Shown piece after piece: positions 30,303 to 40,672 of a stretch of 64,000 bases of DNA; position 1 is the first letter of the stretch; each line of letters opens with the position of its first letter. Made by a program: the position numbers and the translations under genes. The DNA lies in the IMG/VR virus record IMGVR_UViG_3300010338_000575, one strand, 5' to 3'. The notes under the pieces were generated by a model. It saw nothing but the letters and a program-made list of their open reading frames with translations, had not been told where the DNA came from and ran no database searches. The DNA comes from a virus (taxonomy: Duplodnaviria; Caudoviricetes).

Positions 30303-31322
30303 ATGAATAATATTCGTGGTATTGAATTTCATTCAATTATACAGAATATATTTGGCGATGTTAAGGGTATTAACGTATCAGAACAATTACAAGTAAATTG
30401 TCCTAAATGTCAAAAACGTGAGGGTTTACTAAAGCCAGATGGTAAATATAATCTTGAAATCAATACAGCAAAACGAGTATTCAGATGTTGGAAATGTGAT
30501 GACCCTAAATTTAGTGGGTCTTTAGGTAGTTTAATAAAAATTTTTGGTAATTCATCAGATTTTGAATTATATAAATCATATGCAAGCATATATCAAGAAT
30601 ATGTAACTGATGATAATATTGAAATCATTAATGTTCAATTACCAAACGAAATGATTTTGTTTTCAGACATGGATATTAATAATCCAGAACATTTACAAGC
30701 ATATAATTATTTGGTTTTAGATAGAAAAATTAATAGAGAATTGATTTTAAAATATAGGCTTGGATTTTGTCTCGAAGGTAAATATTCGCAAAGAATAATC
30801 ATACCATCATATGATGCTAATGGAATTCTCAACTATTTTGTTGCTAGGAGTTATAATCCTAAAATAAAACGCTCTAAATATTTAAATCCTAATGTGGATA
30901 AAAATAGTATCATATTTAATGAAGGTTATATTAATTGGGATTCAACAATATTTTTGGTTGAAGGTGTTTTTGATATGCTTTCAATTCCAGTAAATACAAT
31001 ACCATTGTTAGGTAAAACAATATCAGCATTATTATTTAAAAGATTGTCAGAATATAAACCTAATGTTGTGATAATATTAGACCCTGATGCATACAAAGAT
31101 TCAATTAATTTGTTTTACACATTACAATCCATATACATTGATTGTGATGATAAAATAAGATTAGTTAAATTACCAACAAATGAAGATATTGATGAATTGA
31201 GACGAGAAAAAGGTGTTGAATTTGTAAAAAAATGTGTATATGGTGCAAGAAAATTAATAACAGAAGATTACTTTATTAGTAAATTAAATAATTATTATGG
31301 AACAAATAATAGACGATATTAA
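30303..31322 (+). CDS. DNA primase (Zn ribbon + TOPRIM)
   Basis: CPKC..CWKC; RIIIP..YFVAR..KYLNP; LVEGVFD; LDPDA; DIDE. ATG at 30303 preferred. Confidence 0.85.
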   Translation: MNNIRGIEFHSIIQNIFGDVKGINVSEQLQVNCPKCQKREGLLKPDGKYNLEINTAKRVFRCWKCDDPKFSGSLGSLIKIFGNSSDFELYKSYASIYQEYVTDDNIEIINVQLPNEMILFSDMDINNPEHLQAYNYLVLDRKINRELILKYRLGFCLEGKYSQRIIIPSYDANGILNYFVARSYNPKIKRSKYLNPNVDKNSIIFNEGYINWDSTIFLVEGVFDMLSIPVNTIPLLGKTISALLFKRLSEYKPNVVIILDPDAYKDSINLFYTLQSIYIDCDDKIRLVKLPTNEDIDELRREKGVEFVKKCVYGARKLITEDYFISKLNNYYGTNNRRY

Positions 31323-31935
31323 ATTAGTTCGTGATATTATAAACGGTGATAAACAATCAGAAAAAATATTTTATAATAAATATTCTAAAATTATAAAAAA
31401 CTTTTTGATAAAAAAATATACATTTTATAATGATATTGATGATGATGTATCTGAAATAATGATAAAAATCTTTTTAAATTTAAAACAATATGATGCCAGT
31501 AAATCAAAATTGAATGTATGGATATTTAGTATCGTAAAAAATTATTTGATTGATAAATGGAGATGTAATAATAAATCACATAATACTCAATATGTAGATG
31601 TCAACTATAGTAAAGTTGAATATAATTATGAAATAAACAATACGTTTTATGATAAGAAAAAAACTTCCACAATTAATGTTGATTATATTGATAATAAACT
31701 TTATAATAGTACAATAAATTATGATGATGTTTATAATAGTTATGAAAATAATGAATATATTAATTATATTACAACATTAATATCACCAAAAGATTATGCC
31801 ATGTTAAATATGAAATATGTGTATGGTTTTAATTATAATGAAATCGGTAATGAATTTCAATTAACAAGTACCACTGTTGGAAATAGAGTTAATTACATAA
31901 AAACTAAATTAAAAAAGAAATTGATGAATGAATAA
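31297..31935 (+). CDS. ECF-type sigma-70 factor
   Basis: Region 2 DDDVSEIMIKIF..YD..WIFSIVKNYLIDKWR; region 4 LNMKYVYGFNYNEIG..TVGNRV. Confidence 0.8.
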   Translation: MEQIIDDIKLVRDIINGDKQSEKIFYNKYSKIIKNFLIKKYTFYNDIDDDVSEIMIKIFLNLKQYDASKSKLNVWIFSIVKNYLIDKWRCNNKSHNTQYVDVNYSKVEYNYEINNTFYDKKKTSTINVDYIDNKLYNSTINYDDVYNSYENNEYINYITTLISPKDYAMLNMKYVYGFNYNEIGNEFQLTSTTVGNRVNYIKTKLKKKLMNE

Positions 31936-31938
31936 TAT

Positions 31939-31966
31939 AAAAGGGGGAAAAATTTCCCCCCTTTTT
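31939..31966. terminator. bidirectional terminator between the convergent sigma and hsp20 genes
   Basis: AAAAGGGGGAAA..TTTCCCCCCTTTTT. Confidence 0.7.
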
Positions 31967-31967
31967 A

Positions 31968-32381
31968 TTATTTTACTTTTATTATTCTTTTTTTATTAAT
32001 AGAATCAATATTTTTGGGTATTTTTATTGACAATATACCATTACTTAATTCAGATTCAATTTTATCAACATCAACATCATCTGGTAGTGTAAATGATTTT
32101 TCGAATAAACCAAAATAAGTACCTTTGTAATTATACTTATCCTTTTCGTTTATTTTTCGTTCTGCACTAACTGTCATTATTTTTTTATCAACTTCAATTT
32201 TAATATCTTCTTTATTAATACCTGCAAGTATTATTTGTACTTCATAACCATCATCCGTTTCGAGAATATCAAAAAACGGTTCTTTTCTAATTTTTGTTTC
32301 TTTTTTTGATTCTGTTAAAATTTCATCAATAAATTTGTTAATTAAATCTAAATTTGGTTCACTATAAATTATTTTAAACAT
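31968..32381 (-). CDS. Hsp20 small heat-shock protein
   Basis: DILETDDGY..LAGINKEDIKI..YFGLFEKSFTLPDDVD..NGILSIKIPK. Confidence 0.9.
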   Translation of the reverse strand: MFKIIYSEPNLDLINKFIDEILTESKKETKIRKEPFFDILETDDGYEVQIILAGINKEDIKIEVDKKIMTVSAERKINEKDKYNYKGTYFGLFEKSFTLPDDVDVDKIESELSNGILSIKIPKNIDSINKKRIIKVK

Positions 32382-32428
32382 ATGATTTATGGTTTTTAAA
32401 TTAAGTTATTTTTTCAAAAATTGAAAAA

Positions 32429-32444
32429 ACAAAATAAATGCCAA
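32429..32444 (-). promoter_or_regulatory. sigma54-like -24/-12 promoter of hsp20
   Basis: Minus strand TTGGCAT-TTATT-TTGT, GG-N10-G spacing. Confidence 0.5.
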
Positions 32445-32511
32445 AGACAAAATATGAATTTTTGACATTTTTAATTAAAAAACATTATGACTTTTTGACT
32501 TATAAAAAAAC

Positions 32512-32542
32512 TTGCTTGATTGAAATTTATTTTATAGTTTTG
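32512..32542 (+). promoter_or_regulatory. Bacteroidota sigma-A promoter
   Basis: TTG-N20-TAGTTTTG upstream of 32577. Confidence 0.55.
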
Positions 32543-32550
32543 TAAAAAAA

Positions 32551-32588
32551 ATGAGTTATGATAAAGAAAATGAGTTATGATAAAGAAA
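32551..32588 (+). repeat. 19-bp tandem duplication spanning a start codon
   Basis: ATGAGTTATGATAAAGAAA x2. Confidence 0.9.
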
Positions 32589-35500
32589 ATTGCACATCTT
32601 GCTGATATTCACGTAAGAAAATCTCCATTAAGATATGAAGAATATCAATTAGTATTCAACAATTTAATTAATTCATTATCTGAGAAAAAACCAGATAGAA
32701 TTGTTATTATTGGTGATTTGGTTCATGATTATCTTGATTTACAAGGTGAACAATTAATATTAGTTAGAGAATTATTAAAATCGTTAAGTAAAATTGCACC
32801 AGTTAGAATTGTTAGAGGTAATCATGATTTTTTAAGAAGAAATTCAAAACGAATTGATAGCGTTAAGGCAATTGTTAAAACATTGGAAAATATTGACGTA
32901 ATTTATTATGATAAAACTGGAATGTATCGTGATGACAATATCACTTGGTGTGTTTGGCATCATGGTGAACAAAAGAATAATCCTTGGATGTTAAAGAAAA
33001 GTGCAGAATATATTGAAAATAATAAAGATACAATATTTATTGATTTATTTCATGATCCGATTTCGGGTTGTATAACACCAAGTGGATTTGAGAAAAAGAG
33101 TAAATTATATTATAATATATCGGATTTTAAGGGTGATTTATCGTTATTTGGTGATATACATAAAATGCAATTTTTAAATAAAGAAAAAACAAAAGCATAT
33201 TGTGGTTCATTAATTGCACAAGATATTTCAGAAGGTGATGATGCGTTTCATGGATATTTGTTTTGGGATGTTGATTTAAAATCTGCTGAATTGGTATCGG
33301 TATATAATGAATATTCATTTAAAAATGTTAGAATAAGTCAATACACCGATTTTGATGATTTGGATTTCGATATATCAAATCCAACAAAATATATGACAGT
33401 TAGATTTATTTGGAATACATTACCACAAACAAGAACGTTTGAAAATGAAAGAAAATTAAATGATTATGTTAAATCAAAATACAATAACTCAACAATAAAA
33501 ATATTAAATACGAATGATTTTATCGAATCAGATAATATTGAAATAAAAGAAACAGTAACATTAAATAACATATCATCAAATGAAGTACAACATGAAATAT
33601 TTAAAGAATATTTAGCGAAAATTGGTTGTGATGAAAAACAAATTAATGATGTTATTGCATTAGATAATGAGGTTTTAAAAGAAATTGAAATCGATGATGA
33701 TTTTGGTGTTGAATGGGATATTATAAAATTTGGCGGTGTAAATTTCATGTCATATGCTCAATTAGATGTTGATTGGCGAAATATGACTGGTTTATTTCAG
33801 ATAACTGGTGTTAATACTGCTGGTAAAACAACCATAATGAAATTGATTTCATATATATTATTTAATAAAACATTAGAAACTGAAACAAGAGTTAAGTTTG
33901 GTGATATTCGTTATATAAACAATAGAAATGGTGCAGAGTTTTGTGAGGGTTATTTAGTATTATATGCAAATGGTGAATATTATGGTATTAAAAGAAGAAC
34001 TGAAATTCAAAAAAATAAATCAGGTGATATTATTGGAGTGCCGACCACATTGAATTATTATTTACTTAATGATCCTGATGATGTGTTGAGTGATGATAAT
34101 AATATTGATAAATTGGATGGTGATAGAAGAGTAAAAACACAAAATAAATTAAATTCAATTATTGGTAGTTATGATAATTTTATGCGTATCGTTATGACAA
34201 CATCAGATACGTTAAATAGAATATTATCTAACGATATGGCGGTTTTTGTTGATTCATTATTATATGATAGTGGATTGGATATTTTTGATAAAAAACTTGA
34301 AGGTTGGAAAATTTTAAATAAAAGATTTAATGAAAAACCTAAAATATCTTGTGATATTAGTGCAGTAACACAACAAAATAAACAATTAAATGATGAAATT
34401 TTTGATTTAGAAAATAAAATTAATAAAATTGAAACTGAAATATTACCTGATTTGATGAATAGAATATCAACAGGTAAGAATTATATTGAGAACTTAACAA
34501 AAAAATTATATAAAATTGACGATGAGATTTATAATTTAGATGTGTCTAAATTAAACAACGACATTTCTATAAGAAATAAAATTATTAACGATCTAAAAAA
34601 TCGCCAAACATTATTAATGAAAAATATTTCAGAATTAAAAGAAAGTTATGATGAAAAAAGATTAAATGATTTGTTGGAAAAAAAAGAAACGCAGAAATCT
34701 AATGAATATGCATTGAGACTTAAAATAAAGGAAAGTGAAAGAATTATATCTGATGAACAACATTCAATTGAAATCATTAATGGTGATAATTATAGATTAA
34801 AAAATGATATCGATAAAATTAATAGTGAGATTGTTAGTTTAAAAAATAGTAAAATTTGTAAATTATGTGGACAATTAATCAATAAGCCAGAACATATTGA
34901 ACATATAAATAAAACTGTTGCTGAAAAAAATGAAGAAATTACACAAATCAATAAGAAAATAAAAGAAAATGAAGAAAAAATTCCAATACATTTAAATAAT
35001 ATTGAAACACAAAGAAATAATATTCAAAACATTAAAAGTGAAATAGAAAAAATGACACTTGATATGGAATCGATTTTAAAAGAAATCGGTATTTTGAATA
35101 ATGATAAAAATGATGTTGAAAAACGTAAAGAATTACAAAATGAATTGGATAAAATTCCAATAAAAATACAAAACGAAGAATTAAGCATTAGTATATGTAT
35201 GCAAAAAATAAATAATTATGAAAACAGTTTGAAACAAATTGAAGAAAATAAAAAAATTGAAAATCAAATTAGTCTTGCAAAATCAAGATTGGAAACATTA
35301 GAAAATGAGGAAAGAGATGTTAGAGAAAGTATAATATTGTATAAAACTGCGATTGCTGATAAACATATGAAAATAAAAACAAATAATAATTTGATTGATG
35401 AATTCAAAAAACAAGAATATGTTGAGAATATTATGAAATTATATAAAAAATGTGTTCATCGTGATGGTATACCAAAACAAATGTTATCAAACTATATTCT

Positions 35501-35903
35501 ACCAAAAATAAATCAAACGTTAGGTGATATTTTATCTGTAGCACCTTTTAAAATATGGTTGGATGAAAATGATTTTAAACCTAAATTAATGTATTATAGT
35601 AGACCAAATTCAATAATTGATTGTATTTCAGCAAGTGGTAAGGAAAGAACATTTTCTAGTGTTGTATTAAAATTTGCATTAAATCAAATTAATGTTAAAT
35701 CAAAACCCACATTATTTTTATTGGATGAAGTTACGGGTAAATTGGATGAAAATAGTATTGAAGAATTTGTTGATATGTTGCATCTGATAAAAAATTCAAT
35801 AAAAAGAATTTTAGTGGTTGAATATAAACACGAAATAAATCCCAAATATGTAATTAATGTTGAGTTAGATGATAATGGTATATCATCATTATCAATCGAA
35901 TAA
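32577..35903 (+). CDS. fused SbcD/Mre11 nuclease - SbcC/Rad50 ATPase (gp47-gp46-like)
   Basis: ADIH, GDLVH, GNHD, GDIH; Walker A GVNTAGKT; zinc hook CKLC; signature ASGKE; Walker B LFLLDE. Confidence 0.85.
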   Translation: MIKKIAHLADIHVRKSPLRYEEYQLVFNNLINSLSEKKPDRIVIIGDLVHDYLDLQGEQLILVRELLKSLSKIAPVRIVRGNHDFLRRNSKRIDSVKAIVKTLENIDVIYYDKTGMYRDDNITWCVWHHGEQKNNPWMLKKSAEYIENNKDTIFIDLFHDPISGCITPSGFEKKSKLYYNISDFKGDLSLFGDIHKMQFLNKEKTKAYCGSLIAQDISEGDDAFHGYLFWDVDLKSAELVSVYNEYSFKNVRISQYTDFDDLDFDISNPTKYMTVRFIWNTLPQTRTFENERKLNDYVKSKYNNSTIKILNTNDFIESDNIEIKETVTLNNISSNEVQHEIFKEYLAKIGCDEKQINDVIALDNEVLKEIEIDDDFGVEWDIIKFGGVNFMSYAQLDVDWRNMTGLFQITGVNTAGKTTIMKLISYILFNKTLETETRVKFGDIRYINNRNGAEFCEGYLVLYANGEYYGIKRRTEIQKNKSGDIIGVPTTLNYYLLNDPDDVLSDDNNIDKLDGDRRVKTQNKLNSIIGSYDNFMRIVMTTSDTLNRILSNDMAVFVDSLLYDSGLDIFDKKLEGWKILNKRFNEKPKISCDISAVTQQNKQLNDEIFDLENKINKIETEILPDLMNRISTGKNYIENLTKKLYKIDDEIYNLDVSKLNNDISIRNKIINDLKNRQTLLMKNISELKESYDEKRLNDLLEKKETQKSNEYALRLKIKESERIISDEQHSIEIINGDNYRLKNDIDKINSEIVSLKNSKICKLCGQLINKPEHIEHINKTVAEKNEEITQINKKIKENEEKIPIHLNNIETQRNNIQNIKSEIEKMTLDMESILKEIGILNNDKNDVEKRKELQNELDKIPIKIQNEELSISICMQKINNYENSLKQIEENKKIENQISLAKSRLETLENEERDVRESIILYKTAIADKHMKIKTNNNLIDEFKKQEYVENIMKLYKKCVHRDGIPKQMLSNYILPKINQTLGDILSVAPFKIWLDENDFKPKLMYYSRPNSIIDCISASGKERTFSSVVLKFALNQINVKSKPTLFLLDEVTGKLDENSIEEFVDMLHLIKNSIKRILVVEYKHEINPKYVINVELDDNGISSLSIE

Positions 35904-35938
35904 AAATAAGGTATAATTATTTTAAAATTAGTTAATTT

Positions 35939-36337
35939 ATGTCATTAGATATTACATTTCAAAAGAAATTCACGTTTGATGATGTTATAAATAAAACATC
36001 AATAACAATTGTTAATAAAAACAATTTTTGGTGGATGCGTAAAAACAATTCAATTGTTTTAATAAAATATTATATACCACCCAATAATAACGAATTAATA
36101 ACTAACAATAATAATGATAATAGAATTATTTGGGGTATAACAGCATATGCTTGGAGTAAATATCATGACGTTTTAGATGAGTTGGTTTTGACATTTCAAA
36201 CAAAATTTATTACTGATTTAGAAGAAGAAATGTATATAAGAGATAATACATTGGATATTAATAAATTATTTGATGCTGTTACCCAAAATTTTGGTTTTGT
36301 TATTGAAGATGGTGTGATTATAAAATCAAACCAGTAA
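35939..36337 (+). CDS. hypothetical protein
   Basis: 132-aa ORF. Confidence 0.65.
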   Translation: MSLDITFQKKFTFDDVINKTSITIVNKNNFWWMRKNNSIVLIKYYIPPNNNELITNNNNDNRIIWGITAYAWSKYHDVLDELVLTFQTKFITDLEEEMYIRDNTLDINKLFDAVTQNFGFVIEDGVIIKSNQ

Positions 36338-36378
36338 TTGTTAATTAACTATTTATTAACATACACATAGTTATTAAT

Positions 36379-37518
36379 ATGGATCAATTAAAATACGAAA
36401 AATTAAGGAAAAAAAATAGCAAAAAAGATTTTGAGCAAAGTAATAAATGGTTAGATTGGTGGTTATTTAATTTATCATTTGTTGGTAATATATTATCAAT
36501 ATTTTTTGCAGTTTTTTTATTATATCCCAAATTATTAAGTGCAGTTGAAATTAATATTAGTGATGGTATTATATCGGAAATAATTGCAATAACGATAACA
36601 TTATTAATATTAGTAGCAGTTGAAGCGATAAAAAGATATGTGATTAGGAATTTTTCAAACGAATTTTTGAAAAATAGAATGGTGTTTAAATCAACGGGTT
36701 GGTTAATTACATCTGTATCAATACAATTAATTAGTTTTTATATGTCAGTCGTTGGTTCAAAAAATTTGGGAAATATTGGTCAATATAAAAAAGATGTTAT
36801 TGATAATCAGTTAATGGCAGAAAAAATAAGAATAACAAATAAATATGATAGTCTTATTGCACAAAAAAATAATTATATTTTAGAATTAATTGAAATTAAT
36901 AAAAAGATTAATGAAAAAATTGATAAAACACCATTAAGTTGGGAGAAAATAAAAAATGGATATAGACTTGATATTAAGAATAATGATGCGAAAATTGATG
37001 CCACAAAAAATGAAATTAATGTATTATATTCTGAATTAGAAAAAGAATTGTCTAAAATCGAACAAAATGTTAATAATAAGAAAAACAACATTGATAGTGA
37101 AAACGTTCAAAGTATTTTATTATTTATAATAATAGCAATTATTAATGAATTTTTAGTGTTTTCTGGAATATATTTTAGAGAATGGTATGAATATAAATTA
37201 TTTATACTTAATCAACATAAATATGAAAAAAGATATCTAAAAAGAGATAGATTTAGATTACTTACAGTATTTTTATATAAAAACGGTCAGTCAAATGTGG
37301 GTGATGTTGTTTTAAGTGGTATTAAATTGAAGGAAATCATAAAAGAAAAAACAACAATACAGCCCAAAATAGTTGATGAATATTTTAATTATATGGATAG
37401 TAATGGTGTATTTAATGTCGTTGGCAAAAGAAGATATTTTGCAAAAACATTTGATGAAGCAATTGATATTGTTGATAATTTTGATGATATTTCACAAATA
37501 TTTGACGAAATGAGATAA
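36379..37518 (+). CDS. multi-pass membrane protein with coiled coil
   Basis: 3 TM + coiled coil + TM; preceded by TATTTATT at 36350. Confidence 0.7.
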   Translation: MDQLKYEKLRKKNSKKDFEQSNKWLDWWLFNLSFVGNILSIFFAVFLLYPKLLSAVEINISDGIISEIIAITITLLILVAVEAIKRYVIRNFSNEFLKNRMVFKSTGWLITSVSIQLISFYMSVVGSKNLGNIGQYKKDVIDNQLMAEKIRITNKYDSLIAQKNNYILELIEINKKINEKIDKTPLSWEKIKNGYRLDIKNNDAKIDATKNEINVLYSELEKELSKIEQNVNNKKNNIDSENVQSILLFIIIAIINEFLVFSGIYFREWYEYKLFILNQHKYEKRYLKRDRFRLLTVFLYKNGQSNVGDVVLSGIKLKEIIKEKTTIQPKIVDEYFNYMDSNGVFNVVGKRRYFAKTFDEAIDIVDNFDDISQIFDEMR

Positions 37519-37541
37519 ATTTATTACATAACAAATAAAAT

Positions 37542-37718
37542 ATGGGTAATAATAAAGAAATTGCAAAAATATTAAAGGAATCATTATCAATTGTTGATGA
37601 ATTAGGTAACCTTGATGTCGAAGATTTGGATGATTTTGATAATGATATGTTAGAAGAATTATTATCGATAATTGAAAGAGCAAAAAAATTAAAAAAAAAC
37701 CATCATTGGAAATTATAG
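37542..37718 (+). CDS. 58-aa acidic hypothetical protein (not in the ORF track)
   Basis: MGNNKEIAKILKESL..HHWKL; fills the intergenic gap. Confidence 0.6.
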   Translation: MGNNKEIAKILKESLSIVDELGNLDVEDLDDFDNDMLEELLSIIERAKKLKKNHHWKL

Positions 37719-37748
37719 TGCATTTTTTTAATTAAAAAACCAATTTTT

Positions 37749-38366
37749 ATGTTACAAATTGACGATAAAACATATTGGATTAATGATTTTAATCGATATA
37801 GAACTCAAATTCCAAAAACACAAATTATTATTGGTTTTAGTTTAAGAAAAGATAGCAACCATATAATAAGACTTCAACATAAAGAATTTGGTAAAACAAA
37901 AAGTTGGAATACGTTTACTGTGTGTAGAAATGGTTTAATATATCAACATTATGATCCAAAGTATCATACAGATTTTATCGGAGTTAAAGAAGTCGATAAA
38001 AAATCAATATCAATTGTGCTTGAAAATATGGGATGTTTATATAAAACACCTGATAATAAATATATTAACTGGATTAATGAAATTTGTGATAATGATAGTG
38101 TTGTTGAAAAAAATTGGTATGGTTGTAATTATTGGGAACAAATTCCAGAAATACAGTTTTTAAATACTGCAAAATTGTGTGTTGATTTATGTAATAAATA
38201 TAACATACCAAAAAAATGTATTGAATTCCAATTATATCATAAGGACACAATTAAATATAATGGAATTGTATTTATTGGTAATTATATTGATAGTAGTAGT
38301 AATACAAATCCATTATTTGATAATGATAATTTTAATAAATTAATTAATGAATATGAAAATGAATAA
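37749..38366 (+). CDS. Amidase_2-like protein lacking Zn ligands (probably inactive)
   Basis: Aligns to the 43480 amidase (KTQIII, G.IYQ, SI.I.LE, Q..L...L..KYNIP) but has IIIGFS in place of IVLHHT. Confidence 0.6.
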   Translation: MLQIDDKTYWINDFNRYRTQIPKTQIIIGFSLRKDSNHIIRLQHKEFGKTKSWNTFTVCRNGLIYQHYDPKYHTDFIGVKEVDKKSISIVLENMGCLYKTPDNKYINWINEICDNDSVVEKNWYGCNYWEQIPEIQFLNTAKLCVDLCNKYNIPKKCIEFQLYHKDTIKYNGIVFIGNYIDSSSNTNPLFDNDNFNKLINEYENE

Positions 38367-38965
38367 TATAAAAAAATAATATTAGAAGAAATTTCTCAAA
38401 TTTCTAGAAAAAAGGATGATGAAATTTTTGATTATAGTAATATCATTGATTTTGAATGGGATAAGATTACAAAAGAGGCAATGAATTTTCAAAAAATATA
38501 TTTTGATTTAGAAAATAATGATAGTACTGGTGAAAAAAAGACTTTTTATATTAAAAAGAATCTTCGAAAAAATCAGCCATATAAATATGAAATAAATGCT
38601 GAACTATTTGAAGCAGGCGGTGATTGGGAGATTCCTGTATTATATTTTAAAATTGAATTTACAAAAGGTGCGTCTTTTTTGAAAAAAATAAAAAGAAAAT
38701 TGAATTTGTTTGGGATATTGAAAGAGAAAATTCATATCAAACATTATATAATAATTTTTGCTTAATACCACCTAATGATGCTGGAAATAAACTAAAATAT
38801 GATGAAGAAAAGAATTGTTGGTATGCATGGCATGTTAATGATGTTGATAAAAAAATGAAAAAAGAATTAAAAATAAGTGATGATGATAGAAAAAAAGCAT
38901 GGGCATGGTTAAAAAACACACTTGAAAAATTAATTGATGATAGACACGAAATGTTAGATGATTAA
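38359..38965 (+). pseudogene. ~200-aa gene broken by two homopolymer frameshifts (pseudogene or sequencing errors)
   Basis: MNNIKK/IILEEISQ..FTKGASF/EKNKKKIEFVWD..MLDD; shifts at A7 (38370-38376) and T6 (38675-38680). Confidence 0.6.
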
Positions 38966-38968
38966 AAT

Positions 38969-38978
38969 AGTATTTATA
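38969..38978 (+). promoter_or_regulatory. putative late promoter AGTATTTATA
   Basis: Upstream of ORF 38994. Confidence 0.6.
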
Positions 38979-38993
38979 TAAAAATAATAAAAT

Positions 38994-39479
38994 ATGTCTG
39001 AAAATTTTAATGATAAAAAATCATCAATTCAAATGCGTGAATTGATAAAAAAAGTTCGTAATGGTAATAATGATAATACAACAACACTTAACACAAAAAA
39101 AAACATCACAATTCGTGATTTTTTAAAAATTACTCGTAAATTAAATGAAAATGAAAAAATAAAATTAAATAGAAAAACCGTTTACGATCAGAAAAGAGAA
39201 GAGGTTAATTTTATAAATGCATTAAAGGATTTAAATGTTATTGTTGATTTTAATGATTTAAAAATTTATGATGATGAAGTTATTTGGGGTGGTATTATTG
39301 ATGGTATTATTGAATTCAAATATAAAGTAACAAAGAATGAAAATACTAGTGGTGTTGAATTTGATTATTTAACTGGTTTTTCACCCGATAATCCTGACAA
39401 TGAAATAATTGTTGATAGAGTTGAAAAACATTTTGATAGTTTTTATAAATATTGGCGAGATAATTTAATACAAAAATAA
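38994..39479 (+). CDS. hypothetical (putative virion) protein
   Basis: Late promoter; RKLNE motif after an N-terminal segment. Confidence 0.7.
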   Translation: MSENFNDKKSSIQMRELIKKVRNGNNDNTTTLNTKKNITIRDFLKITRKLNENEKIKLNRKTVYDQKREEVNFINALKDLNVIVDFNDLKIYDDEVIWGGIIDGIIEFKYKVTKNENTSGVEFDYLTGFSPDNPDNEIIVDRVEKHFDSFYKYWRDNLIQK

Positions 39480-39506
39480 TAATTCAATATATTAATATTT
39501 ATTCAA

Positions 39507-40295
39507 ATGATTAAAATTAAAAAAAATATCATATTAATCGTATTAGGTATTATAATACTTTTGGGTATTATTATTTATTTTCAATACAACACTATAATAA
39601 AATTGAAAAATAATGTACAAGAAACTGAAAATTTATATATTGCACTTTTTGATTCAATTAATTATTATAAAAATAAAAATAATGAATTGGTTGCTGAAAA
39701 ATTAACGATTCAAACTACGTATAATATTTTAAAAAACAATTATGATAATTTAAATAACACACAAAAAGAATTATTGGATCGAATTCTTGAATTAGATAAA
39801 AAAAATAAAATAATAACAGCAGCATTAATTAAAAGTGAAATTAAAATTGATTCATTATTGATTATTATGGGTGCAAATAATATTGCAATTAATATTGATA
39901 CCATTAACAATAAAATTAATTTTAATAATTTACAAACTAATGATAGTACGTTTATTTTTGATATTGATGTAAATAATATTTATTCGATGAAAAACAAAAA
40001 ACCTGAATTGTTGTTCAAATCGATTATAATACCAAATAAACAATTTATTGAATTTCATTGGAATAATGATAAAAAAAAGGGTTATCCCGTATCATTTAGC
40101 GTTATTAATACCAATAAATATTTTAAAGTATATGATATTGAAAGTTATGCTATACCACAACTAGATAAATCTGATTTAAGTCCAAATGGATGGCAAAAAT
40201 TGGGGCTTTTTATAAAAAAGAATGGTAAATCGATGTTTTTAATTGGATTGGGGGCTGCTGGTGGAATTGGTGGTTATTATTTATTAACTAAATAA
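39507..40295 (+). CDS. membrane-anchored coiled-coil protein (spanin-like)
   Basis: N-terminal TM, coiled coil, C-terminal Gly-rich TM. Confidence 0.45.
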   Translation: MIKIKKNIILIVLGIIILLGIIIYFQYNTIIKLKNNVQETENLYIALFDSINYYKNKNNELVAEKLTIQTTYNILKNNYDNLNNTQKELLDRILELDKKNKIITAALIKSEIKIDSLLIIMGANNIAINIDTINNKINFNNLQTNDSTFIFDIDVNNIYSMKNKKPELLFKSIIIPNKQFIEFHWNNDKKKGYPVSFSVINTNKYFKVYDIESYAIPQLDKSDLSPNGWQKLGLFIKKNGKSMFLIGLGAAGGIGGYYLLTK

Positions 40296-40356
40296 AAATA
40301 ATAATAGTTTAATATATACCCACAGAGATGGGGACATAATTAATAAAACAAATAAT

Positions 40357-40384
40357 TGGGGTGTATATGTTTATATATGCCCCA
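40357..40384 (+). terminator. hairpin/terminator
   Basis: TGGGGTGTATATG..TATATGCCCCA followed by T-rich tract. Confidence 0.5.
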
Positions 40385-40412
40385 TTATTTTATTTTTTTT
40401 TTATATTAGTTA

Positions 40413-40422
40413 AGTATTTATA
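40413..40422 (+). promoter_or_regulatory. putative late promoter AGTATTTATA
   Basis: Upstream of ORFs 40442 and 40673. Confidence 0.6.
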
Positions 40423-40441
40423 AACAATAGGAATGTATTTT

Positions 40442-40648
40442 ATGAATAAAACAGAAATTAAAGAAATTGTTAAAGATGAAATAAATAAATTTATTGAAAA
40501 TTCTTTAGATAAAGAATTAAAAAATCTTTTAAAAAATCCAAACAGTCAATCAAGAAACGAATTAATAAAAACAATAAAAGATTCGCTTGAAGCAGTTTAT
40601 AAAACGCTTTGGAGTAAAAGAGATTTTTGGAAAAATGATATTAAATAA
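40442..40648 (+). CDS. small putative head-associated protein
   Basis: MNKTEIKEIVKDEI leader (alternative start 40433). Confidence 0.6.
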   Translation: MNKTEIKEIVKDEINKFIENSLDKELKNLLKNPNSQSRNELIKTIKDSLEAVYKTLWSKRDFWKNDIK

Positions 40649-40672
40649 TTTAATTAAAAAATTAAATTAAAT

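Noticed and set aside
39496-39503. TATTTATT as a late promoter for ORF 39507
   Set aside because: Only 3 nt from the ATG and lacks the preceding G; likely chance in AT-rich DNA
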